A DNA stretch of 63,631 nt, filler included. It is 13 parts of 13 records of this genome, joined end to end, with 100 filler letters (N's around TTAATTAATTAA, not from the genome) between each part and the next. Parts side by side here need not be neighbours in the genome. Positions count along the whole stretch, not along the records: positions 30,831 to 37,673 come from SRR7504441_9676; positions 37,774 to 47,508 come from SRR7504441_9677; positions 47,609 to 55,687 come from SRR7504441_9678; 10 more parts are not named here. The stretch is one strand, 5' to 3'. Below the pieces are notes generated by a model. It did not search any database and was not told the DNA's origin. It worked only from the letters and a program-made list of their open reading frames with translations. Positions within the stretch are counted from its first letter, which is position 1. Every line of letters begins with the position of its first letter. The position numbers were made by a program, and so were the translations under genes. Shown here in pieces: positions 36,105 through 50,600 of the stretch.

Positions 36105-37551
36105 ATGGACCGGCAGGAGCTGTACAGCATGGTCGTGAGGTGCGCCCGGGGCGTGACGGCCGTGCTCACCCGCTGGACAGCCAGCTGGTCGACGACGGCT
36201 ACCCGGGCGCGGCCGAGGCGGTGACCGCGGCCACCATGGCCGAGCCGGCCCCGGAGTTGGGAGCCCACCCGCTGGCCCGGCTGGCGGCCCAAGCGAACGC
36301 GGCTCAGCAGGCGCCGACCACCGGTGGCCCACCGGTCGGTCGCGGGCTCAACCGGGGCAGCGCCGGTCGGGCGGGCCACTGGAGTCAACCTGGAGACTAA
36401 ATTCATAACCACGCACAAGAACGCCTGCAGGGTGGCCTGCTTCAGCGCCAACGGCGCCCAGGTGCCCCCAGCTGCCCAGAGCGGCCGGATGGACGGGCCA
36501 GGTGGCGACCGGCTCGGAGGACACCTCGCTCAAGTTGCTGGACACCAGCCGAATGAGGAGCGCCCAGCAGACCCCGAACCCGGGCGAGGAAGCGGCCCGG
36601 CCAGTGACCCGCACCTTCTACGACCACACGCTCGGGGTCCGCGCAGTCGCCTTCAACCCAGCCCGACCGCTGCTCGCGTCGGGCGGGGCAGATCAGTGCA
36701 TCAAGTGACCAGCTGGGCAATGCAGACTGACTAAGCGTGGGGCAGATTCTTTGATACTCAGAAGCTGACAGCACGCCGGGCGGTGCGGCCCGGGGCGGTG
36801 GGAGGCTGATGTGCAGGGCAGATCAACTCGGTGCTGGACACGCACGCTGTCAACTCGCTGGCTTTCCATCCGCAGGGCGACTTCCTGCTCGCAGGGACGG
36901 ACCACGGGGCTCCGCACCTGTATCACACGGCCAAGCTGACCGGGCTCCAGCCGGTGTGCTACATCCCGCCCGACCAGGAGAGCCATCACCAAGCACCGAT
37001 TGCTGCCGTGGACTTCTCTGGAGGTGAGCACGGCCTGTTTAGTGGCGCGAGCGTTGGCAGATGGTGCTCTGTATGCGAGTGCAAGCAAAGACGGGTCGAT
37101 CAAGCTGTGGGATGGAGAGAGCAGCGCGCTCAGGCTGGAGCTGCCGAATGCGCACGACGGGCAGCCAGTGCATTCGATCTATTTCTCTGCAGACAACCGC
37201 ACAATGCTCTCTTGTGGTGGAGGTGAGCTGGCCTGGGGGCTGGCCTCACTGGGGGCAGATTCGCTGGCGCGGCTGTGGGATATCTCAAGTGAGAGCCAGG
37301 TCGGGTCATTTGCTGGGGCAGCGCACACAGTGCATCCAGTCAACTGCAGCTGGGACGCAACTGGGCAGCACGTGGTGTCTCACGACGAATCGTCGCTCTC
37401 GATTGTGTTTTGGGATATAAGGTCGGAAGGGATCGTGGCAAAGAAGAAGACGGATCACAAGAACGTGGTGCGCTGCATAGCGTTGTCAAAGACGGAACGA
37501 TGTCTTCTCACATGTAGTGATGACTTTAGAGCTCGGTTTTGGGTTTATTGA
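36105..37551 (+). CDS. CSTF1: Cleavage stimulation factor 50 kDa subunit (CstF-50)
   Basis: MDRQELYSMVV-SQLVDDGY dimerisation motif, ETKFITTHKNACRVACFS, ATGSEDTSLKLLD, VTRTFYDH, ASKDGSIKLWDG, TCSDDFRARFW. Confidence 0.9.
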
Positions 37552-37773
37552 GCGCGATGGCGGATGCGTAAGCGTAACTGTTGCCTAATTGCAAGCTTAC
37601 GCTATACGTAGAATAGAAGTTCTACTATTTTGATTTTTGAATGGTGTTGTTGAGGAGTCAGATCCGTGCCCGTNNNNNNNNNNNNNNNNNNNNNNNNNNN
37701 NNNNNNNNNNNNNNNNNTTAATTAATTAANNNNNNNNNNNNNNNNNNNNNNNNNNNNNNNNNNNNNNNNNNNN

Positions 37774-38056
37774 GACGACCAGGGCGCCGACGTGGGTGTC
37801 CGGATCGAACGCCGCTCCTTCCATCGGGCAGACAAAGGGGCCGGCCCCGCGCTCGGATCTTGATCCCCTTGTTCTTCTTTGCGAATTGCGACGTCAGCTT
37901 CTGTCTGTCCTCCTCGTCCAGCCCTACCGACTCGAAAGCGTCTCCAACATCCTCCATCGCGTACCACCTCGCCCAACACGGCACTCCTCGTCGCGTGTTC
38001 TCGATGGTTGGCATCCATTGATTCCAGAATCCGCTGTAGTCTAGAGCTGCGTTCAC
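37774..38056 (-). CDS. 5' fragment of hypothetical protein
   Basis: Coding-like ORF (EDVGDAFESVGLDEEDRQKLTSQF) cut by linker. Confidence 0.35.
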
Positions 38057-38191
38057 CGCCCGCGGTTTGCAGCCTGCAGGCGGGTCGCCTTGAAACTAAC
38101 GGACGATTTCGCAAGGGAGAACACAAACTCGCGACCCACACCTGCAGCGTCGAATGCCTGGTGCCGGTGCATGCCAGGCGTAATCGAGAGG

Positions 38192-41100
38192 ATGGCATCG
38201 CGCGTCGACGGTGCGCCCCCCAGCCCCCCACCCCGGCCGCTCACTGGCTGGGCTGCCGGGTCAGAGGCCAACTGGAGTGGGATCAAGGAGCTCTCGCTGA
38301 CCCAGGACGCGGCTCGCGAGCTGCTCGTCGGCTGGAACCTGAACGCCGATGGACCGCTCGGCGTGCTCGTCAAGCGGATCCGGGCCTGCCGCAAGTGCGG
38401 ACCGCCCGGCCGGTCGGCGGGCTGATCCGCTCCGGCAGGCTGCAGGGCTTGGCGCACGACTTCGACCTCGGGCACTTCGACGAGGCGGCGGAGTTCCTCA
38501 ACCGGGCGGTGCGCCGGCCGTCGGGGCTGCGGCTGAGCTGGGTGTGGTTTGGCGTCCACAGGAGTCGCCCAGCGCTGCCGCGATACTGACTGCAGACAAG
38601 TATCGGAACGCGACGCTGTCGGACGAGAACCGGCGGACCGAGCTGGAGAACGCGATGAAACACATCTGCATAGTGTACAACCTGCTGGCCAAGTGCGCCC
38701 GACCGCCGCTGACGGCCGGAGGCTCACCCTGGCTGGGCAGGACGCTGAAGCCCAAGCTCACGCTAGAATCTGACCTGGAGGACGTGATGCAGGCAAGCGC
38801 ACCCCGACCCGGCTGCTTGCTCCCGCCGGACCGTGTCCTGCCGTGTCGAGACGCAGCGCGCGAGCAGTGACTGACTGGCCGGCAGGTTCTCAAGGGCATG
38901 GAGCACATCGTCTTCGACATCCGCCGCCCGAGTGACCGGAAGAAGAAAAAGGAGATGGCGGCCGCCGACGAAGTGTCTGACATGTTCCTCGGGTTCTCCC
39001 GGGACGACATCCTGTCGCTCCCGCAGGACGCGCTGCTCGAGAAGATCTCGGCGCCGCACCCGAAGCGCGAGTCGCTCTACCGTGACGAGTACGCTGACAA
39101 CGAAGGTGCGGCCACGCGTGTGTTGGGGTGAGCCTGGCTGGGCAGAGCACCTGCGGCGGAACATGACGCTGCTGTTGGATAAGATCACCAAGGAGCTTCA
39201 GAAGTCTAAGAAGCTGCTCGAGGATGTGGTGAGCTCTCTCCCGCGCGAGTACAAGAACCGGAACCTCGACGAGATCCACACTTTCTTTGACGACTTCAAG
39301 GAGGCCAACGTGGAGGTGATTCTGAACACCGCGATGGAGCTCAAGCTGGTAGACGAGGACGCGGACGAGGACGAGCTGATCGACGAGATCGACGAGTGAG
39401 TCTGCTGGTCGGGCCGGGCTCTGACGCGGGACAGCCTGCTGGACCTGATTGGCCAGTACTTTGAGAAGACGGAGTCCAAGTACAAGGCGACCAAGATCAA
39501 CGTCAACCTAATGCACGACAACCTGCCCACCGCAGACTTCTACGAGCAAGCATCCAGTCCGCCCGCCAGCTAGCACTCCGGGCTGACCCTCGCGACAGGC
39601 CGTACCTCCAAGGCGATCATTCGGGATCAGGCAGTAGTTGTCAAGCACAGCCGGTCCGGTGTGTGCGGCGTGCCTGCCGGGCGTACTCACGGGCTCGCAG
39701 CTGACTATGTGGACATCGTGGAGGTCGGGGTGCGCTCGGACGGTGTGTTTGTCTGGGAGGAGCTGCCGCCAGATGACGACGACGCCTCGGTGCTCGACGT
39801 CGGTTATGCATTGGTCTGGCACCCGCAGAGCTCCGGGCGGGAGGATGGGCACGTGCTCGAGCGGGTGCTGTCTTCCAAGACCCCGGCATCCCAGCGGATG
39901 ATCTCTCTCACTCTCAAGGATGGCGAGGATGTGTACGTGATCAGCAACCCAGGCCAGGAGAACGTGGAGTCGACCGGGAACAGCCCCGGATTCCGGATGA
40001 TTAAATCCAAGCCGCTCTACATGTCCAAACAGACTGAGGGGCTGCAGAGGCACACAGACACCACTGTGGTGCCGTTCTATCGGTTCGTGGTCCAACTCAA
40101 AGTTCTCGAGACCCTCCAGGCCTCCGAGGCCGGCAGCGCTGTCGACAAGATGGTGCAGTACAAGGAAGCATTCGCTGAGAGCGGCGAAGTGCTGGCCCAG
40201 GCGCTTCAGCTGGACATTGAGTCGAAGGACGCGGCCAGCTCGATCACTGAGAAGCTAGAGTACATGCCACTGCTGCTTTATCATTCATCCAACCGGCTGG
40301 TCCGCGAGATCTTCCCATCATTCCACAGGATTTTTAAGAATAAGTGGAACAAAGTGCTTGAGGTGGAGAACAAATACGACCCGCCGCACATTGCCGAGGT
40401 CAAACAAATGCTGCTGCATATGTTCCTGGCTGGTCCTGACGACAACCACATCGCTGTGGTCCGAGAGGACCAACTGACTGAGATTGAGAAGCTGATCTCG
40501 GTACACACGCATCACCAGTATGTCCGTATTCATGTCGAGCGAGCCAATTTGCAGGTAAGCTGCCCAGTTGGCTGCAACTCATCGGGTTGTGCAGGTGGTT
40601 TTCAGGCAGCTGAAGCGGCTCAACAGCACCAGCGGTGTCGTGCTCGTGTCGCTGCATGTGCTGGGCACTCTCTCGCCACTTGATCTGGGAATGATCATCG
40701 AGGCCACCCGGCTGGGCTCTCTGCGGATCTTCATCGTGTTTTTCCAACAGCTGCTCTACATGCTGCAAGTGATTGGCCGCAAGAAGGATGTGCTGATCGC
40801 ACAGAGCCTGGAAGGCGTCCAATTCACCAACAAGGTCACTGCCTTGTTAGGTCTGTCCGCAGGACTTATCTGTTGGGCAGATCACATACGAGAGGAAGGA
40901 CTTGGTCGGCTGTGCAGTGCTTGAATGCGAGGAAGCCTTCTTCAGGGAGCCTTGGGAGCTGCGGCTGGACACCAGCGTGCCAGGGATCGAACAGATGCTC
41001 TATGAAGGCACCAAATGGCAGCAGTGGGAGTCGCGCTGGCGGCTTGAACAAATCCCAGCCAACCCAGCTGATGCAGAGAAGGCGGTGTATGGCTTGCTGG

Positions 41101-44100
41101 TGGGCGATGTCTCGATTGTGCAGCAGTATTATGAGACTCTCCAGACACAGGAGGCTCTGACCAGAAAGCGGGGCAATTCTACTCCTCCGAGTCTGATCAT
41201 CATGGACTGGCTCAAGCACAATGCAGATGACATTGTTGAAAACTACCTGCCTCTGCCCGAGACGGATGACACACTCACTACGCCACTTGGGAATGCAGGC
41301 AATAGCAAGGATACGGAGCTGCCCAGTTTCTCCGACAAGCCTATTTGTGTGGTTGTGCTGCATGCACATTTGCTTTCGGATGCATTGAGGCGGCACATCG
41401 CATCGCGGGTGATGATCTTGGGGTACAAGGTGGTGTTTGTTGTGCCCATCTTCAACCCTCGAGACAAGACCATCAGCGTGGAGGAGTACAACAAAGCTGC
41501 ACTCACTCTCGATGCGCAGGTCTGGTCTGTGGAGCCCAGCAATGACGACATCACTCGGCTGATTGACGACAGGATGGAGAAGTCGCTCAGAGAGATGGAT
41601 ACCCCTCCTCCGAGTGATGTCATCAAGTACAAGAAGCAGGCGCTGCTTGTGTACCGCTCGCTCAGGCTCTTGGCCGGCCAAAAGTTGACTCATGCCCGGG
41701 CACTGGCGCTCATCACTCGATCAGTGATCTCTCCTGCGCGTGAGAAGCTGCTGATCTCGGAGATTGCCAACGTGATGGAGCATTCACAGATCTCACCGTG
41801 TGTGCTTTCTGATGTGCTGCGGACCATCTTCACGCTTGCACTGCAGTACATCGAGATTGAGAGCAGCTCAGACCTTGCAGCAAGGTTGGAGGCTGACTTG
41901 AAGCAGAAGACACTCCATGATTTCTTGGCAGTGCTCTGCGTTCAAAAGTGCTTCCGCAGTGCCTGGACAATCGAAAAGGAGATTCCTTTCGACACGTTCA
42001 TCTCTAACACACCAATGTGCCAGTTCCTCTCTCAGCGGCATCGAATTGAAGCATGGATTCGCACCATTCTGATTCCTGATGGTGTGGAGCCAGAGCACAT
42101 TGTGAGCTCGCGGTTCTCACCGGGCGACAACACACACACCCTTAGCATCCTGCATTATTGCGTGGCCGGCGACGAGAAACGTATCATGTCCGACCGGCCA
42201 TCTTTTGAGGCAGTGGAGCGGCATTCATCTGTCCGACAGTCGGATCTGTTCCTGCAGCAGTGCATGCAATCAAACGAGCTCAACTGGCCCGAGCTCTCGC
42301 AGGAATGGCGCGTTTTCCCATTCAGCCTAGACTTCCTGTTTGAATTGCTGAGGGTCTACCACCAGCCGCTGAAGCTGCTCTCGTGCATTGGGCTGTCGAA
42401 TCTGCACAATCTGTTCGAGAATGTGGGCGAGGCGTACGAGGACGTGATCGAGCGGATTAAGAGCCAGGTCTCGTTTGCCATGAACAGCCAGATGCTCTCC
42501 ATCTGCTGCGACAGCTCGCCTGGGTTTGCTGCCTTCATCTCGGTGCTCAAGTGGTGCCTCCTGTCCAACGGGCACGCCAGTGTGGACGAGTTGATGTTTG
42601 AATCTCGCGACATTGAGCTGCTGCTCGAGCGACACATCCCAATCAAGATCAACGCAGAGGCTGAGGAGACGGTAGACTTTGTGATCCCAATCATCCTGCA
42701 GCTGGACGGCCCAACCGACATCATCTTCAAGTTCGTTGGGCTGCGCGAGTACTTTGTGTCCATGCCTGAGCAGCACGTCAAGATGCTGCTCGACAAAGAA
42801 CTGCCGCTCGGCGCTGCTGTGCTCGAGTTTGTCTTCAATGTCCAGATCCGTCGCCAGATCGCGCTGAGCAGAATGTGGGATGGGGCGCCTGGCACTATGC
42901 CACACGAAGCCCGGTACCAGCCATTGCCCCTGAGCTACTTGACGCTTGTTGTGCCAGGGGCCGCTTCATCAATCATCCGTTCTTCTCTGCCTTGGTGGTA
43001 TGGTTGGAGAAGGGTGAGCCGATTTCAGAGGACTTCACACCATTTGTGCAGCTGCTGACCACCTCAACATTTGGCTTTCTACTCAGCAAGTGCACAGCTC
43101 ATGCACAGACAGCAGCTGTGATGAAGGCGCTTGACGAGAGGCTGGACGCCCTCGACGACGAAGCCGAGTGCTCACAGTTCTTGTCCAGCGTGCTGAGCGA
43201 TACCCTGAGCCGGAACCCAAATGAAGGGCAACTGGTGTATGCAGTGACGATGCTTATGAAGGGTGATCTGACTCATGGGGTGCTGAGCAGCGACATGGTG
43301 ACTGGTGATCGCTTCATGGACAGCTTGATGGTGTCTCTTGAGACCAAGTCGATGGATCCTCTGATGCAGTGGTATGAGATGCAATCAGCCATCACCACAC
43401 TGCCTGTGCTTACTTCACCAGCACTGAGCGATCTGTACCTTGAGTCCTTTGCTGATGAGCGCATTACAGGCTACCCCAACGTCACTGGACCCAAGCTGAT
43501 CGAGGAGATCCAGCGGCACACCCGGTGGATCTCACGTGAGGGAGTGGACAGCATCCTGTATGCCATCAAGCAGTCGCCAACTGCACATTCAAAGAACCGC
43601 TTCCTGATGTTCCTGTTTTGGATGCTTGCACCCTTCCAGATGCTGCCACATCCACCCACGACTGCAGAACTGCCACTGTTGATCGAGATGGCCCACTCCA
43701 AGGCGATCAGCTTGACCACAACCGTGAAGAACAACCTTGCATCTGTATCCAACTATGCCTTGTACCTCGTGGCACCATATTTCCTCGACTTGAGCTCGCT
43801 CAACAACTTCAACCGCATGCATGGTGAGAAGGAGGTGCGCGAGGAGCCGTTTGTGATCTGCCAGCAGTCGCATGAGTACCTGAGCGCATATGTGATCCGC
43901 GTCCCTCTCCGGCCTTTGCCGCCGCAGGTTTTGGATGTGTTTGACTGCGAAAAGTTCATTCTCGATCCATGGATTGAGATCCACACCAACTTTGACCTCA
44001 AGTTTGACGTCACTTCTGGAGTCGACAAGGTGGGCGTGCCTTGTGTGACCCATTGCACTGACCTTTGCCGGCTTACCAGGGACTGATCGAGCTCAACTTG

Positions 44101-47100
44101 ACTGCTCTGCTCAACCTGGACCGCTGCCACTTTATGGACTTCAATGATGACCCAACCCAAGAACCACACACAGCCATCTTTGTGCGCAGTGTCATCTTGG
44201 CCTGGTTCTATGCATTCGGTGCCACCCGTGACAGGATCGCTCGGTGGGTCGAGAACTCTGGCTGCTCATTTGATGTCAGCTTCATGGACGAGGGCAAAGT
44301 CGACGACGACAGCGTCCATAAGGCCACCCAGCACCCACTCCCGAGCTTCATTGATGTGCGCTTTAACCGGTCGCGATCTGCGTTCCATCTCTTTGGCCTG
44401 TCCCCAGAGGAGGCATCGTACACGCTCCAGTACTATCTGTCGTTCCTGGAGGTGCTGCCTGTGGTCGAACGGAACCAAGTGTTTGCAAAGCATGGCTTCA
44501 AGCCACCTAGCCCTGGCGAGATGCTCCAGGAGATGGATTCATTCGACTCAGACTCAGGTATCAGGAGATACATTGGCACGGCTGCGTACAAGACCCTGCA
44601 CAAGACAGCGTCGTACGTGTTTGGCGACTGTGTGCGGCACATCATCAACCAAGTCCCCGAGTCTGGGGACCCTGAGGCGCCCACCTATGAGTTAACCGCA
44701 GTGGAAGTTCTCTTCCAGCCATTTGTGGACGCTCTGGCAGTCACGTTTGATGAGCGAAGCGACAACGTGGATGGCCCAAAGATGGTACTGGAGATGATTT
44801 CATCGCTCGTCGAAGGGCCCTTGGAGAACCATGGCAAAGACAAGCTGCGCGAGGCGCTGTTCCACCGGGCTCTGATGAGCAGGATTGGCGTGAGCTCGTA
44901 CAGTGCACGGGTGGCCGGTCTGCAGGATATGCTGCTCAATGCCTTCAAGATCAAGGGCCACGCGGTGTGCCACACCTCTCTGATGGAGCTGGAGTTCTGC
45001 TCTCACGGCTTCATGGTGCTAGACTCTCTTAAGGGCGGACTGGAGGGATTCGAGGTCTCCAAGATTGTCTTTGATGACAGTGGCACTGCTCTGACCTATC
45101 GCAACCTGGAGAAGGTGCTGCCGCTCGAGTATGCAGCTGCCCCTAAGGTCTCGGATATCATCATTGATTGGCCCAGCCGCGTCAGTGCTCAGGCACAGGG
45201 CGACTCCATTGATGGTGCTGTGGAATCAGAAGCAGTTGTAGCCCACAACGCGAAAGTCATCGAGTTTTTCAAGGCTGCAAAGACGTCGCAGGACTCAGAA
45301 GTTGGCAAGCAAGGTGTCCAGTCGAGCGACCGCAAGTTCATCCCAGTTTCTGCCACCAAGAAGGTTTCTGTGGTCCATTGCAACGAAATGCTCGAGGTGA
45401 TTCCCAGTCAGAGCTATGGGCTGCTTCGTGTCAAGCCAGGCAACCTAGGTGAGCATCGCGCAGCCAATATAGCCACTTGTGCAGCACTGAGTGTCGCCTG
45501 GCAGGGTTCCTGGTCCGTGGTGTGCAGCACGAGAAGGCCAACTACCCCTTCAACGACGAAGGTGCGCTCTACTTTGTCCAGAGCGAGTCGCCACTGCTCC
45601 GCAAGTGGAAGCTGTCGCCAGCCCAGATCGAGGCGTCCTTCCCTGACAACGGGGTGGCCTGGGAGACCATCTCAAGCTTGCCCCCTCTGTCGACTCTACT
45701 GCTCGACGGCCTGGGCCTCAAGAAAAGCGTCGATGGGACACACTGGGCAGGGATTGTCTCCGCTTACGACATTCCGAGTGTTCCTGACTTCCGTTCCAAG
45801 TCGGTACCGCTGCATGATGAGTTCTACCCATGGAATATCCTGGACTGCGCCCACCTGCTTCCATTCCAGCTCGACTCCCGGGTTCACGACTTCCTCATGT
45901 TCATCTCGCGGGCTGTGCTTGCTTATGGCGATTGTCATCCGCAGCACGACGCCCGTGCAATGGACGAACAGAGCCTGGTTGAATCAGAGCTGATACACAT
46001 CTTCCGTCGGATCGATCAGGGGAAAGGCGGTGGCAACCAGACCAATGCACGCAAGTACTGTGACGAATTCACCAGCGTGGTGATTGGGATCATGGAGACC
46101 ATGGCCTCCAAGCCGACCCGGATCGACACAGTGGTCAAGTCACTGGGCCAATCGCTCATTGCAACATTCCAGAGCGATTCTGAGCCAGCGGTGGAGAAGC
46201 TAACCTACCACCTTTCCAGGACCATGGCATCCACAACCCAGGCACAGCTCAAGGAAGTGCTGACCAAGAGCTTCCGGCTGGATGCATTCCTCAGCAAGGA
46301 GGCTGTCAAGTCATTCAAGACCTTTTTCTACGAGATGGAAGCCACACCTGATTCGACCGCAGGCTTGCATGAGGAGGAAGAGGAGTACGACGACTTTGGA
46401 CCTGACACGCCACTCAATTCTCCTCAGCCGAGTGCAGCTGGAGAGGAGTCAGCCGAGCCAGCCCAACCTACTGGCGATAGTGCACGACAGCGCTACGCTC
46501 TCAAGGACATCAAGCACTCGCGCAAGTCTGCATTTGAGGGTCGTCTTGGCTTCGGCGATCCACTCACCCCAGTTGGAGCAGTGATGGCGGCAGTTGGCAA
46601 GCGCCCACCAGTTCGAATCGCTTACTTGGACTCAGTCAAGCACAAGAATCGGTACAACATGTCCCAAGGCAAGCAACTAGGCTACCTGTTGCACAAGCAT
46701 CTCTTCCTGATCAACGATGCCGAGAAAGATGGCGCAATGAGAGCCTTTGAGAATTGGCTGCTCGACCTCCTGCGCTCGCCTCTGTCTGAGGAGTGGAAGC
46801 AGTGGTTTTTGGCCGTTTGCCGTAACATGGTTGGTCAGAGCCCGCCCATCACAGAGTCCACCACAGTCACTGGTACACAGCTGGTTGCTTCCTGCTTGGC
46901 CCGAGCCTGTCCAGACTCGCGGTTCCAGGATATTTTCACTGGAGCATGCCGGCTGCCTGAGGAAATCGAGCCATTCGTGGAGCGGAAGGATGGATATGGG
47001 ATCTTCTTCTGTGACTCAGGCACTCTCAATCGGATGGAAGAGGTCGGGATTAAGGTGGAAGACATCGACTTCAGGCAGGAATTCCTCTCAGGGACTGTGT

Positions 47101-47508
47101 CGAGCGATGAGTACTACTTGCGCATCTTGCAAAAGTTCACTGGGTTCACATGCTGTGTTTACATCCAAGGTATCCCATCTGAGGCTGGCCTTATCGGCTG
47201 ATGTGCTGCTGTGACAGGGCTGCCTGTCGTGAGTGACTCCTTGCTGAAGTGGTGCGCAGAGTACACTGAGAGGTGCCCGTGGCGATTCATTTTCTTTGAG
47301 AACACCGACTCGACCTGGAACTTCTCAGAGAATCGTGACCGGTGCAACTACAAGTTCTACACCCGGCCGAGCCTGGAAAGCTGGAAGTATCAGACAGACT
47401 TCTTGCACGAGGTGTACTCAGTCCAGTACAACTCGCGGGACGACATGACCCTGCCAGCTGAGGATCCTGTCCTGACGCTGATGAATCAGGTGCGCCAGTT
47501 GCTACATC
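38192..47508 (+). CDS. Very large (roughly 2,900 aa or more) hypothetical protein, 3'-truncated
   Basis: Chain of same-strand ORFs (39661, 40568, 40902, 42875, 44065, 45477, 47211) linked by about 40-nt GT/GC-AG introns; consistent codon usage; no domain recognised. Confidence 0.7.
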
Positions 47509-47608
47509 NNNNNNNNNNNNNNNNNNNNNNNNNNNNNNNNNNNNNNNNNNNNTTAATTAATTAANNNNNNNNNNNNNNNNNNNNNNNNNNNNNNNNNNNN
47601 NNNNNNNN

Positions 47609-50600
47609 GTCTTCCATCAGCGACAACGGCGTTTCTTCATCATCGTCGCCAAACGTCGTGTCGCTGTTGCGTCCCGCCTCATTATCAGTCTCATTGTCGG
47701 TGTCCATCTCGATGGTGGCACCTCCGAGCTCATGTTGCGATAGGGACTTTGACATGGCCAGCGATTTCCTCGGACTGGGCATCGGTCGCGCAAGGGAGGA
47801 GCCCTTCCGCGGGCTCCAAAGTGCGGGTGAATGTCTAGGTATCGACGAGTCGTCGAGTTTGCAGCTATCGAGCATCAACTGCTCTAGCACCTTGTGGTCG
47901 GTGGTGTTGACCATCTTCTTTCGCATCGACTGCGGCCCTACCCTGAAGTCTAGAGACCATTTGGCTAGCCTGATCCAATCTGCGTCGGGCCAGATGCCAT
48001 GATTATGCACTAGCGTGAGCCTCAGATCGGCCCAAGATGACCGCACCTCGATTGGCCTCGCAGCATAGAGCAGCCATTCGTCCTGGGCATGGCCAGCCTC
48101 AAGCGCATTTGCCACCTCATACGACTGCAGCTGTTCTCGCTTGGCTTCATTGTGCAATTTCTCCGCTCTGGTCAAGCGCTCTGCTATGCTCTGCAATTCA
48201 GAGCAACGCAAATACTCTAATGATCCCTTTGATCGAGATTGCCGGGTGGAAGATTGCGATTCTTGACGAGAAAGTGTCAAAACGCCCACACTGTCGAAGA
48301 ATGCGTCCACAAGCTCGATGTTCTCATAATGCCATCGAGCGAAGTCAGACATGGAGCCTTTCAGCATCAGATCAAACCCGTCGGTGTACAGGCTTTGGCT
48401 ATGGTCTGGCACTCCGTGTCGCGGGTCTTCGGTTGTAGCTACCAGAAATCCCTTCATAAAATCTACATACGTGACAAGCAAGTGCCGCCACATCTTGTGG
48501 GACAAATCGCGAATCTCAGTACTGTCTGCCATCAGAAACGAGTACAGCCAGTACGATATTGAAATGACCGCGTTTTGATCAACGGCATCTTTCACGTAGA
48601 CAAACTTTGCAGCTTCACACAGACCTTTGAGCACTTCGGTCGTGAAAACTTGGCCCTGTTCACGAGCCTGAGACAGGAGAAACACCATATATGAGTGGAA
48701 AGCATTCCGCAGTCCCTTAAGCACCGAATCGTCTAGCGGGGATGCCTGCAAAGTCGTAGACCCCGATTCCCGACCAGTTGCAAGGATTTTCTGCAGCGAT
48801 TCTACGAGTAGATGTAATAGAGGTATTATCTGCGATGGGTTAAGGCCGGTCTTTGCCCGGTTGACCAGCAGAAGGCAAACAGATCCCATATTGCCAACCA
48901 ACAATTGACTGCGAGAGAGATCAATTGCACGCAGCCCTCGCAGCCCTCGGGTCATTAAACCGCAAAGGGCCGATCGGGCAACCTCTTGCTTCTCGAAGAG
49001 CCCGAGGCATCCCTCCACTACATCCTGGGCATTTGGCCTCCCCAACATCGCGTCTTCAATCGCTAGATACAGCCAACTGAGCAGTGTAGGCATACTCCTA
49101 CTTATCAGTGACAGTTCTGCTACAGGTTTACTCTCTTCTTGCAGTTGCGTGTCAATCCCTTGGAAGCTCGAATCAGAAGCATGATACATGATCATAGCAA
49201 GGAAGTCGAGCATTAACTTCAGGTCTGCCTGAATGAGTTGTCGGAAGCCTGGACAGGCCTCATGCAAGTGTGTTATGAAAGCCAGCACTGTGAGGGACAC
49301 AGAAGCCTCCAATCTCTCCTCGTCGCGTGCAAGTGGACTCCAGAGCCCAGACAATTCAGTATGGAGCATTGCCAGTATGACGGGCAGCACCTGAGGTAAT
49401 TCTATGGTTTGTAACCCAGAAATATCGCAATTGTCCTCACAGAGCTGGATGAGGGAGAGAGATCCGGTAGCACTACACGATTCAGCCGGGAGTTGCTTCC
49501 CGAGCAGGCATGCGAATAAGATGCGATAGCACATTGGGTCATTGGCACATAGAGGATCAGTCAATGTGCCTCGCAGAGAACTCCATCCATTGTTCAGTGC
49601 AAAATGCGCGAGGAACACGGGCTGCGTTTGAATTAGCTGTGATAGGCCATGCAATACTGCATAGACAGACTTGGGGCACATCTCGAGACTGCACAATGAG
49701 AGAAGAGGCCTGAATGGGCAGGCATTCCAGACATGAGATATGCTCTCCTGTGTTGAAAAAAGAGAATAGAGCTGGACCACCACTTGGATAAGAGCACAAC
49801 GTAGTGAGGTACGGTTGCTAGGTCCTGACCTCTCACTCGTTTCATCAGGAGAAAGCGATGCACTGAAATTCTTAGTGCCAAACATGGCGCACGTGTGTCG
49901 ATATAGGGCAGTTGCATGGTCCTGCAAGTCCTCCGGCCGCATCAGTAGAGAACGCAATAGAGTGCACGCAGAATTGATCATTTCGGGAGGAAGCGCAGAG
50001 CCCTCACAGAACCGAATCAGCCACTCAAAAACATTCACCTGCTTGAATCGAACTAGGTTCACCTTATGGTGGATGTTCTCAGCAAGCATGCTCAGCCAAC
50101 CAAGCAGCAGATGCTGCAGCTCCGTTGAAAGCATTGCCCAAAGCTCCATGTCGAGCACTACGTGCTCCATCACCCCGATGTTAGCTACTTGATCCATTCC
50201 TACCATCTCAAACAAGCGATGCACCACTACGTCACTCACCAGTGCACAGCGCTGCTTGAGCAACTCGCCTAGTATCTGAAAACCATCGCATGCTTCCATT
50301 GCCGCTAGATTCTGGATGCCGGTTACGAAGTTTTGAGTGATGAATGACAGTGCTGTGTGGAGCTTCTCGGAGGAATTTGCTGACTCTACGAGCAACAATG
50401 CACAGGATGGGCCGCCAAGTCGTGCCATGACGTCGCTCAGGATCTGAATGGGACACATGGTAACACAGCCCTGCAAAGTACCAAACTCTGGAGTGCGATC
50501 GAAGTCTGCAGGCCGCTCCAAAATGCAGTTTCGAACAGTGCTGGGGTCAGTGCCTCGCGTGTGGATTGGTGGCCAAGTATCACTGTCGAGATAGCACTTC

